A stretch of DNA of 62,028 nucleotides, filler included, from Basidiobolus meristosporus CBS 931.73 (GCA_002104905.1; 4 parts of 4 records of this genome joined end to end with filler, not necessarily neighbours in it); one strand, 5' to 3'. Positions 53,943-62,028 are shown, numbered from the whole stretch's first letter. Translations and numbers: made by a program. The notes: generated by a model not told the origin, from the letters alone.

Positions 53943-55429
53943 GGGGGGGAGACAGTCACCAACAGGCAAAATCTTTATTTCAGTTGAAACAAAGAAGCCA
54001 GCGCTACTGTTGTAGCTTTGATACAAGAGTGTGTAGCTAAGGGGAATTTGTAGGTAAGTTAATAAGAAGTGATGATAGCTCTTCAGTGCTCAAGACACTG
54101 TTCAGTGGGAAGGGGGGTAGCAAGAGAGGTAAGAATGACTTGTGAACAACATTAATGAGGGGAATGTGATAAGGATTGATATTCATCATAAATGGAGTGT
54201 GCTGCTGCAGATATTGCTGCCAAAGGTCTGTAAAGTACTTCAGGTAGGCCAGCTTGGGTTTTTCTGACTGCAGAATAAAGTGAGCAATCTTCTTGACTTC
54301 AGGATCTCCAAGTATAGTTCTCCAGCAGGAGCCAGGTGTTGTGTGGTGTGTTCTCTTCCAGGCCTTAATCAGTAGGTTGTTGCAGTTGTGAAGTCTGAGG
54401 TATAATCTGGTTCTAAGGTAGAGAAGTCTGATCTTATAGGGCATAAACCCAAAAGCACCAAGAATAGCATGTCTGTAGGGGCATTCAGGCAAATGAGGCA
54501 CCAAGGAGGTAATGCACCATACTGCAAACTTGTCAAGCTTAGTGCAGTCTCTAGAAGTAAGAGAGAGAAGTGGTAAGCCAAATTCTAGGACAGGGAAGAC
54601 AAACTGCTTGAGTAGAAGGAGGCAGCTGGGAGCTGAAGTTGTAGGAGGAGTAACAGCCAACAGCTTGTGGAGTGCCTGTCTTGCAAGGATAATTCTCTTC
54701 TTCAGGTGTGCTCCAGAGTCTAGTCCAGTAGGAAGGAAAGGAAAGCCAAGATATGTAGCAGAAACCTGAGCAGGTAGAGTGGAGTTCTCCAAGATGATGG
54801 GAGAGCCCAAAGGTACTGTCTTTGCAATGGAAAGCTGGAGATTATTCTTCTGCAGATACTGGTGGATGGTCTGGGAGTCTTGTTGCACATTGGAGGAGGA
54901 TATTCTGATGTCATCAGCAAAGAGAGTAACCAGGCAGTCAGCTGAGAGTCTTGGGAAGTCATTCAGGAAGATGGCAAACAGTATAGGACCAAGCACAGAG
55001 CCTTCAACCACTCCATTAGGAACTGAGAACACAGCTGATTGCTCACTTGGGTGCAGAATTCTTGCTTGTGGATCCAGAAACAGAGACCTGACAAGGAGGG
55101 TGAGAGAGGTACTGGAGAAGCATTGCAACTTGGACCAAAGCAAATTTCTGTCAACTGAATCAAAGGCCTTAGTAATATCAAACAGAACAGAGGGATACTT
55201 GCACTGGAGAGAGTGATCTTGGCTAAGCATGACTGCATATTCCAAGGAGAGGCCAGGAACAAAGCCAAACTGTGCAGGATGAAACTTGAGGGAGTCAGAG
55301 TAGAGCTCCTGAGCAAGCAGAAGCTCAAACACCTTTCTGCAGGTGGGCAGCAGAGATATTGGCCTGTAGGAGCTAGGATCCAGGTGCTTTCCTTTACCCT
55401 TATACAGTGGCAGAACATTTGCAAAGGAC
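53943..55429 (-). mobile_element. 5'-truncated RT unit copy
   Basis: Near-identical to about 59940-61424. Carries QG to EG in GVVQGSVLGP, a premature TAG 11 codons before the normal stop, and a disrupted 3' hairpin. Confidence 0.92.
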
Positions 55430-55956
55430 TTAGGGGGGAGGAAAGTCACCAAGTGGTGAAATCTTTATTTACTTATGACAAGTATCTAAAGAAGCCAAGT
55501 TAATCTGAAGTTATTCCTAGAAAGCTAGGTCTGAGAGATATCTTCCTGGTAAGCCAGGTCTGAGAGTTGAGAAGCTAAGTGGTACTATATTTCCTAGTTA
55601 GCTAGGTCTGAGAGTGGTTTCCTGGAAAGCCAGGCCTGAGAAGTGAGAATCTGAATATATCTGAGCTAAGTTATGCTGGTTTGCGGTAGCTGAATTGTGG
55701 CCGGAATGGCCAGTAGACTGGGGAACTGAGATGTATTTCTGGGCAATCACTGGCCAAATTTACTAGGCAAATCTGGCCAAGTAGCATTTCAAGGATCTCA
55801 GCCAATCAGAGCCTTTACTTTGCCCGGTGGTTGATCAAGCCATCTCCCAATGAGCACACATCAATTAATTGATCAAATTTTGTTGGATCCAGGATTTGAA
55901 CCCACAACCATGGGTATGGAAGGGTTAGGGATAACCACAAGGCTAAGTGTTCTTGG
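55430..55956 (-). ncRNA. Non-coding SINE-like unit (about 525 nt) with tRNA-like head, telomeric stretch, hairpin array and shared 3' end
   Basis: Minus strand: TAGCCTTGTGGTTA (A-box-like), CCCTAACCCT, GGTTCAAATCC (B-box-like). No ORF. 3' motif shared with the coding units. Confidence 0.7.
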
Positions 55957-56318
55957 TTAGGGGGAGGAGGAGGAAAGTCACCAAGTGGTGAAATCTTTAT
56001 TTACTTATGACAAGTATCTAAAGAAGCCAAGTTAATCTGAAGTAATTCCTAGAAAGCTAGGTCTGAGAGATATCTTCCTGGTAAGCCAGGTCTGAGAGTT
56101 GAGAAGCTGAGTGGTACTATATTTCCTAGTTAGCTAGGTCTGAGAGAGGTTTCCTGGAAAGCCAGGCCTGAGAAGTGAGAATCTGAATATATCTGAGCTA
56201 AGTTTACTGGTTTGCGGTAGCTGAATTGTGGCCGGAATGGCCAGTAGACTGGGGGAACTGAGATGAATTTCTGGGCGATCACTGGCCAAATTTACTAGGC
56301 AAATCTGACCAATTAGCA
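55957..56318 (-). mobile_element. 5'-truncated second copy of the non-coding unit
   Basis: Near-identical to about 55430-55785; bounded by TTAGGG at 55957 and 56319. Confidence 0.88.
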
Positions 56319-57342
56319 TTAGGGGAGGGAAAGTCACCAAGGTAGGTGAAATCTTTATTTGATTTCAGACAAGTCTAACTACAAATAAAGAAGCCAGCTG
56401 GGAATAGAAGATTCCCAAAGTAAAAAAAACTAAGTTGAATATGAATAAATCTAAGCTAAAGTTAAGGCAGTATCCCAGAGTACACTGGAGTTCAGGTTCA
56501 TGGGGGAGTGAAGTAGATAAGCTTGAGAGATATAATAATCTTTTAAGAAGTGGGTAACAGCAGGTGAAGGGGAGTTTCTGATAAGTGAAGTGCAATCTTG
56601 AGAGCAGAGATTCCTCTAATGAGAAGGTCTTGTAAACTGGAGAATCAGGAAACTCTTTGAAGGCATGGTCAGTAGGCTCCCAGAAAAACTGGTCAGAGAC
56701 ATTTTGAGAGAATCTGTTTAGCAATACTTTTGTCAAGTACTACCTCCAGAGTGTGATGGTTGATAAATCTCATGTTAACAATCTTGGATAAATTGTAACC
56801 TTGTTGCTTGAGATACATCCTATGCTCAGATATAGGAATAAACTCCACATTGGCAAAGTAGCAGACAGCCCAGTCAGTAGCAGGAGGCTAAATCAGAAGT
56901 GGCAGGAAACTTTCTTTTAGTCTTGGGAGGAGCAGCAGGATGTCTTGAGGAAGCAGGAACAGACTTTTTCAGAGCTTCAGAATAGGAAGAGTGAGCAGGA
57001 GCAGATGATTCTTGGGGAGTCTTGTTGGCAGGAAGAGGTGGCACAGGGACAATAGATTCTTGCAGATCAGAGAAGGCAGAAAAGAGCTTTTGAACTTGTT
57101 TCTTGAGTAACGCATTTTCAGCTTCAACAAGTGCAAGCCTTTCCTCAAGGAAGGAAATCTGAAGGGAATGGAGTGAAGGCATAAGAATTAAGAAGAAGAG
57201 GGTAGAAGGGTGGGTGGGGGGAAAATTAGCAGGGAGAAGAGAAGGAAGGAGCAAAATTCCAGAAGTCAGAATTTATAGATGGATGGACAGGGTAGATGGA
57301 TGGATTATTCCTGGGTTAGGAAAATTAGCAGGGAGAAGAGAA
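56319..57342 (-). mobile_element. ORF1-B unit, frameshifted copy
   Basis: Near-identical to 57346 to about 58370; split into ORFs 56874-57254 and 56365-56736. Confidence 0.88.
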
Positions 57343-57474
57343 GGGTTAGGGGAGGGAAAGTCACCAAGGTAGGTGAAATCTTTATTTGATTTCAGACAAG
57401 TCTAACTACAAATAAAGAAGCCAGCTGGGAATAGAAGATTCCCAAAGTAAATACTAAGTTGAATATGAATAAAT

Positions 57475-58203
57475 CTAAGCTAAAGTTAAGGCGGTATCCC
57501 AGAGTACACTGGAGTTCAGGTTCATGGGGGAGTGAAGTAGATAAGCTTGAGAGATATAATAATCTTTGAGGAAGTGGGTAACAGCAGGTGAAGGGGAGTT
57601 TTTGATAAGTGAAGTGAATCTTGAGAGCAGAGATTCCTCTAATGAGAAGGTCTTGTAAACTGGAGAATCAGGAAACTCTTTAAAGGCATGGTCAGTAGGT
57701 TCCCAGTAAAGCTGGTCAGAGACATTTTGAGAGAACTCTTTAGCAATACTTTTGTCAAGTACTACCTCCAGAGTGTGATGGTTGATAAATCTCATGTTGA
57801 CAATCTTGGATAAGTTGTAACCTTGTTGCTTGAGATACATCCTATGCTCAGATATAGGAATAAACTCCACATTGGCAAAGTAGCAGACAGCCCAGTCAGT
57901 AGCAGGAGGCAAATCAGAAGTGGCAGGAAACTTTCTTTTGGTCTTGGGAGGAGCAGCAGGATGTCTTGAGGGAGCAGGAACAGACTTTTTGACAACTTCA
58001 GAGTAGGAAGAGTGAGCAGGAGCAGATGATTCTTGGGGAGTCTTGTTGGCAGGAAGGGTTGGCACAGGGACAATAGATTCTTGCAGATCAGAGAAGGCAG
58101 AAAAGAGCTTTTGAACTTGTTTCTTGAGTAGAGCATTTTCAGCTTCAACAAGTGCAAGCCTTTCCTCAAGGAAAGAAATCTGAAGGGAATGGAGTGAAGG
58201 CAT
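57475..58203 (-). CDS. ORF1/Gag-like protein B (242 aa from ATG 58203) of unit 57343-58932
   Basis: N-terminal coiled coil (LEERLALVEAENALLKKQV), SYSEVVK motif, low-complexity linker, conserved C-terminal domain. Paralogous to ORF1-A. Confidence 0.75.
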   Translation of the reverse strand: MPSLHSLQISFLEERLALVEAENALLKKQVQKLFSAFSDLQESIVPVPTLPANKTPQESSAPAHSSYSEVVKKSVPAPSRHPAAPPKTKRKFPATSDLPPATDWAVCYFANVEFIPISEHRMYLKQQGYNLSKIVNMRFINHHTLEVVLDKSIAKEFSQNVSDQLYWEPTDHAFKEFPDSPVYKTFSLEESLLSRFTSLIKNSPSPAVTHFLKDYYISQAYLLHSPMNLNSSVLWDTALTLA

Positions 58204-58243
58204 AAGAAATAAGAAGAAGAGGGTAAGATGGGGTGGGTGGGTG

Positions 58244-58932
58244 GGAAAATTAGCAGGGAGAAGAGAAGGAAGGAGCAAAAATTCCAGAAGTCAGAATTTA
58301 TAGATGGATGGACAAGGGTAGATGGATGGATTATTCCTGGGTTAGGAAAATTAGCAGGGAGAAGAGAAGGAAGGAGCAAAAATTCCAGAAGTCAGAATTT
58401 ATAGATGGATGGACAAGGGTAGATGGATGGATTATTCCTGGGTTAGGAAAATTAGCAGGGAGAAGAGAAGGAAGGAGCAAAAATTCCAGAAGTCAGAATT
58501 TATAGATGGATGGACAAGGGTAGATGGATGGATTATTCCTGGGTTAGGAAAATTAGCAGGGAGAAGAGAAGGAAGGAGCAAAAATTCCAGAAGTCAGAAT
58601 TTATAGATGGATGGACAAGGGTAGATGGATGGATTATTCCTGGGTTAGGAAAATTAGCAGGGAGAAGAGAAGGAAGGAGCAAAAATTCCAGAAGTCAGAA
58701 TTTATAGATGGATGGACAAGGGTAGATGGATGGATTATTCCTGGGTTAGGAAAATTAGCAGGGAGAAGAGAAGGAAGGAGCAAAAATTCCAGAAGTCAGA
58801 ATTTATAGATGGATGGACAAGGGTAGATGGATGGATTATTCCTGGGTTAGGAAAATTAGCAGGGAGAAGAGAAGGAAGGAGCAAAAATTCCAGAAGTCAG
58901 AATTTATAGATGGATGGACAAGGGTAGATGGG
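58244..58932. repeat. 101-bp tandem repeat, about 6.8 copies, upstream of ORF1-B
   Basis: Full units start at 58339, 58440, 58541, 58642 and 58743; each begins GGGTTAGGA. Confidence 0.97.
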
Positions 58933-58968
58933 TTAGGGTTAGGGTTAGGGTTAGGGTTAGGGTTAGGG
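58930..58968 (+). repeat. Interstitial telomeric tract GGG(TTAGGG)6
   Basis: Direct reading; followed by 6 G and the 3' end of unit A. Confidence 0.98.
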
Positions 58969-59059
58969 GGGGGGATGATAATCACCACAGGGTGAAATCT
59001 TTATTTAATCATAAATAAAGAAGCCAAGTTCAAATATGGGTATTTGAGATGCAGTAAGC

Positions 59060-59860
59060 CTACAAGATAAACTTGGACTTTGCTGTATCCCAAATATCCT
59101 CAATATCAAAGTCTAGAGGAGAATGTAGCAAAACTGCTTGTTCACTGTAGTATTTCTTGAGGAAGTTTGTGACTTGAAGGGAAGGAGAGTTTTTCAACAA
59201 GCTGGTAAACCTTTTGAGGAGTTCTTTTTCCAGAGAGAATGGTACAAAGAGTGGAATGTCTAAATGATGTCTGAATATATGCTCTGAGAGCTCCCAATCC
59301 AGCATATTTTTGACTTCCTCTGTAAAATCCTCAACAATATCTTTGTCAAGAATAACTTCCAAGAGATCCCTGGCAATGTACTGAATGTTAATAATCTTAG
59401 GCATATGAATACCTAGGTCCTTGAGGTAGTTTCTTTGTTCTGAAATTGGGAGATAGCCAGCATTTCTGAAATAGCAAACAGCCCAGTTGGCAGTGGGAGG
59501 AGTATCAGGGCTGACGGGGAATCTTCTTCTGGCTTTAGGGAGCACTGGCTTAGTTGACTGTCTTGTCGGAAGGGCAGCTGGCTTTGGATGATCTTGAAGT
59601 GCTTGGGAGTATGTCTGAGTATGAATGGCAGGAGTAGCTGGTTGCTGACAGTGTTCAGATTGACTGGAGGAAGTGCTGGTTGAGGGGTTGCAAGGTAAGG
59701 AAGAAGCTGAAAGAGAAGTAGAGAGTGCTGGGTGAAGTTCAGAGAGAGTTTTGAAAAGAACCTGGATCTGAGATTTCAACATTGAGTTTTCAGCTTCAAG
59801 AAGAGAAACTCTCTGTTCAAGGTAAGAAGTCTGTAAAGAGTGAAAGTTGGGTAAAGACAT
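59060..59860 (-). CDS. ORF1/Gag-like protein A (266 aa) of unit 58969-59933
   Basis: LEQRVSLLEAENSMLKSQI coiled coil, TYSQAL motif, WAVCYF...ISEQRNYLKDLG...KIINIQYI...LEVIL, resembling fungal non-LTR ORF1 proteins. Confidence 0.75.
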   Translation of the reverse strand: MSLPNFHSLQTSYLEQRVSLLEAENSMLKSQIQVLFKTLSELHPALSTSLSASSLPCNPSTSTSSSQSEHCQQPATPAIHTQTYSQALQDHPKPAALPTRQSTKPVLPKARRRFPVSPDTPPTANWAVCYFRNAGYLPISEQRNYLKDLGIHMPKIINIQYIARDLLEVILDKDIVEDFTEEVKNMLDWELSEHIFRHHLDIPLFVPFSLEKELLKRFTSLLKNSPSLQVTNFLKKYYSEQAVLLHSPLDFDIEDIWDTAKSKFIL

Positions 59861-59998
59861 GGAAGTAGTAGATAATAAGAAGAAAGGAGTAGTTGGGGTG
59901 GGAGGGTGGGAAAATAGTTAAGAAGAAAAGAGAGGGTTAGGGGGAGACAGTCACCAACAGGTGAAATCTTTATTTCAGTTGAAACAAAGAAGCCAGCG

Positions 59999-62028
59999 CT
60001 ACTGTTGTAGCTTTGATACAAGAGTGTGTAGCTGAGGGGAATTTGTAGGTAAGTTAATAAGAAGTGATGATAGTTCTTCAGTGCTCAAGACACTGTTCAG
60101 TGGGAAGGGGGGTAGCAAGAGAGGTAAGAATGACTTGTGAACAACATTAATGAGGGGAATGTGATAAGGATTGATATTCATCATAAAGGGAGTGTGCTGC
60201 TGCAGATATTGCTGCCAAAGGTCTGTCAAGTACTTCAGGTAGGCCAGCTTGGGTTTTTCTGACTGCAGAATATAGTGAGCAAACTTCTTGACTTCAGGAT
60301 CTCCAAGTATAGTTCTCCAGCAGGAGCCAGGTGTTGTGTGGTGTGTTCTCTTCCAGGCCTTAATCAGTGGGTTGTTGCAGTTGTGAAGTCTGAGGTATAA
60401 TCTGGTTCTAAGGTAGAGAAGTCTGATCTTATAGGGCATAAACCCAAAAGCACCAAGAATAGCATGTCTGTAGGGGCATTCAGGCAAATGAGGCACCAAG
60501 GAGGTAATGCACCATACTGCAAACTTGTCAAGCTTAGTGCAGTCTCTAGAAGTAAGAGAGAGAAGTGGTAAGCCAAATTCCAGGACAGGGAAGACAAACT
60601 GCTTGAGTAGAAGGAGGCAGCTTGGAGCTGAAGTTGTAGGAGGAGTAACAGCCAGTAGCTTGTGGAGTGCCTGTCTTGCCAGGATAATTCTCTTCTTCAG
60701 GTGTGCTCCAGAGTCTAGTCCAGTAGGAAGGAAAGGAAAGCCAAGATATGTAGCAGAAACCTGAGCAGGTAGAGTGGAGTTCTCCAAGTTGATGGGAGAG
60801 CCCAAAGGTACTGTCTTTGCAATGGAAAGCTGGAGATTATTCTTCTGCAGATACTGGTGGATGGTCTGGGAGTCTTGTTGCACATTGGAGGAGGATATTC
60901 TGATGTCATCAGCAAAGAGAGTAACCAGGCAGTCAGCTGAGAGTCTTGGGAAATCATTCAGGAAGATGGCAAACAGTATAGGACCAAGCACAGAGCCTTG
61001 AACCACTCCATTAGGAACTGAGAACACAGCTGATTGCTCACTTGGGTGCAGAATTCTTGCTTGTGGATCCAGAAACAGAGACCTGACAAGGAGGGTGAGA
61101 GAGGTACTGGAGAAGCATTGCAACTTGGACCAAAGCAGATTTCTGTCAACTGAATCAAAGGCCTTAGTAATATCAAACAGAACAGAGGGATACTTGCACT
61201 GGAGAGAGTGATCTTGGCTAAGTATGACTGCATATTCCAAGGAGAGGCCAGGAACAAAGCCAAACTGTGCAGGATGAAACTTGAGGGAGTCAGAGTAGAG
61301 CTCCTGAGCAAGCAGAAGCTCAAACACCTTTCTGCAGGTGGGCAGCAGAGATATTGGCCTGTAGGAGCTAGGATCCAGGTGCTTTCCTTTACCCTTGTAC
61401 AGTGGCAGAACATTTGCAAAGGACCATTCCTCAGGAGTAGAAAGCTGGGTTGAGCATTGCTGAAACAGTGGAAGCAGAAGTGCAGACATGGCCTTGGTAC
61501 TAGTCTTCAGAAGCTCATAGGAGATTGTGTCCACACCTGGAGCAGTAGAGTTGGGAAGCCTCTTGAGCACATTATGGATTCTCCTTTGATCAAGTGCAAG
61601 TGGGATGGGCAGAGTCTTGAAGTCAGGATGAAAGCCAGGAGTTGAGTACTGCTTTGTAGAGAAGAAGATGTTAGCCAGCTGTTCTGTTGAAGGTAACTTC
61701 CTGGAAGAGGGCCTCATTGCCCTGTAGAGTCTTGATACTGTTCTTGTTATAGAGTTGGAAGATTGCAGAGGCAAAGAACTCATAATATGATCCCAGAGCT
61801 GAGTATGCAGAGTGTGGTGAATTGCCTTGGAGTGGTGTATTGCTGTCAGGAGGAGTTTCTCTGTTTTTGGGTTAGGGAAACTCAGGTAGCTTTGTTGCAG
61901 GGCTGAAACAATAGATTCCCATTTTCTTGAGGTAACAGCAGTAGTCTTGCATGGCAGTGAGAGGGAGGCAGACACCAGAATCAGATGCTTCACAAAGAGC
62001 CAGGCATAGTTGAGATCATCTGGCAGAG
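59999..62028 (-). CDS. LINE-type reverse transcriptase; frame open to the window edge
   Basis: APGVDTI, YRPISLL, QFGF, DITKAFDSV, GVVQGSVLGPILF, FADD, TYLG. No stop between 61993 and 62028. No CCHC or restriction-like endonuclease after the RT and thumb region. Confidence 0.95.
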   Translation of the reverse strand, partial: LPDDLNYAWLFVKHLILVSASLSLPCKTTAVTSRKWESIVSALQQSYLSFPNPKTEKLLLTAIHHSKAIHHTLHTQLWDHIMSSLPLQSSNSITRTVSRLYRAMRPSSRKLPSTEQLANIFFSTKQYSTPGFHPDFKTLPIPLALDQRRIHNVLKRLPNSTAPGVDTISYELLKTSTKAMSALLLPLFQQCSTQLSTPEEWSFANVLPLYKGKGKHLDPSSYRPISLLPTCRKVFELLLAQELYSDSLKFHPAQFGFVPGLSLEYAVILSQDHSLQCKYPSVLFDITKAFDSVDRNLLWSKLQCFSSTSLTLLVRSLFLDPQARILHPSEQSAVFSVPNGVVQGSVLGPILFAIFLNDFPRLSADCLVTLFADDIRISSSNVQQDSQTIHQYLQKNNLQLSIAKTVPLGSPINLENSTLPAQVSATYLGFPFLPTGLDSGAHLKKRIILARQALHKLLAVTPPTTSAPSCLLLLKQFVFPVLEFGLPLLSLTSRDCTKLDKFAVWCITSLVPHLPECPYRHAILGAFGFMPYKIRLLYLRTRLYLRLHNCNNPLIKAWKRTHHTTPGSCWRTILGDPEVKKFAHYILQSEKPKLAYLKYLTDLWQQYLQQHTPFMMNINPYHIPLINVVHKSFLPLLLPPFPLNSVLSTEELSSLLINLPTNSPQLHTLVSKLQQ

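Noticed and set aside
55881-55956. Functional tRNA gene
   Set aside because: The acceptor, D and anticodon stems do not pair; only promoter-like boxes remain.
58244-58932. CRISPR-like array
   Set aside because: There are no unique spacers, and the genome is eukaryotic.
58308-58995. Six repeated 60-65 aa ORFs and an LGLGLG peptide
   Set aside because: By-products of the 101-bp repeat and of translating TTAGGG.
59940-60000. Hammerhead ribozyme in the shared 3' motif, as in Penelope-like elements and Terminons
   Set aside because: I found no CUGANGA...GAAA core by eye, and the RT motifs are LINE-like rather than Penelope-like. An Infernal scan would settle it.
61869-61877. GGGTTAGGG inside the RT ORF
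   Set aside because: It encodes in-frame Pro-Asn-Pro with no junction features; may be chance.

Overview
Eukaryotic (fungal) genomic DNA with short GT-AG introns and TTAGGG telomeric repeats. The gene content (p31comet-like, DDX20/Gemin3-like) suggests an early-diverging fungus (inference). There are four zones. (1) 1-17.9 kb is gene-dense and CpG-rich: a multi-TM protein, HAP2, RPL19, a YAP1-like bZIP, LIP5, a bHLH factor, an SLC17-type MFS transporter, a p31comet-like gene and DDX20. (2) 18-49 kb is a CpG-depleted nest of Ty1/copia copies inserted into each other, a Ty3/gypsy element, CACTA relics and two foldback MITEs. (3) About 50-51 kb holds an isolated intronless LuxI/FeeM-like GNAT acyltransferase. 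(4) 52.4-62 kb is a head-to-tail array of minus-strand retro-units. The six junctions from 55.4 kb on carry TTAGGG plus a G-tract; the four older proximal ones carry G-tracts only. Four different unit types share one 3' terminal motif: a LINE-type RT unit, two divergent ORF1/Gag-only units, and a non-coding tRNA-headed unit with a telomerase-like CCCTAACCCT stretch and four covarying hairpins. This looks like a split, multi-component telomere-extending retroelement system and is the main finding. Three 100-bp N/TTAATTAATTAA spacers are assembly joins, so adjacency across them is unproven; 49058-62028 is one contig. All family calls come from motif recognition by eye, not database searches.
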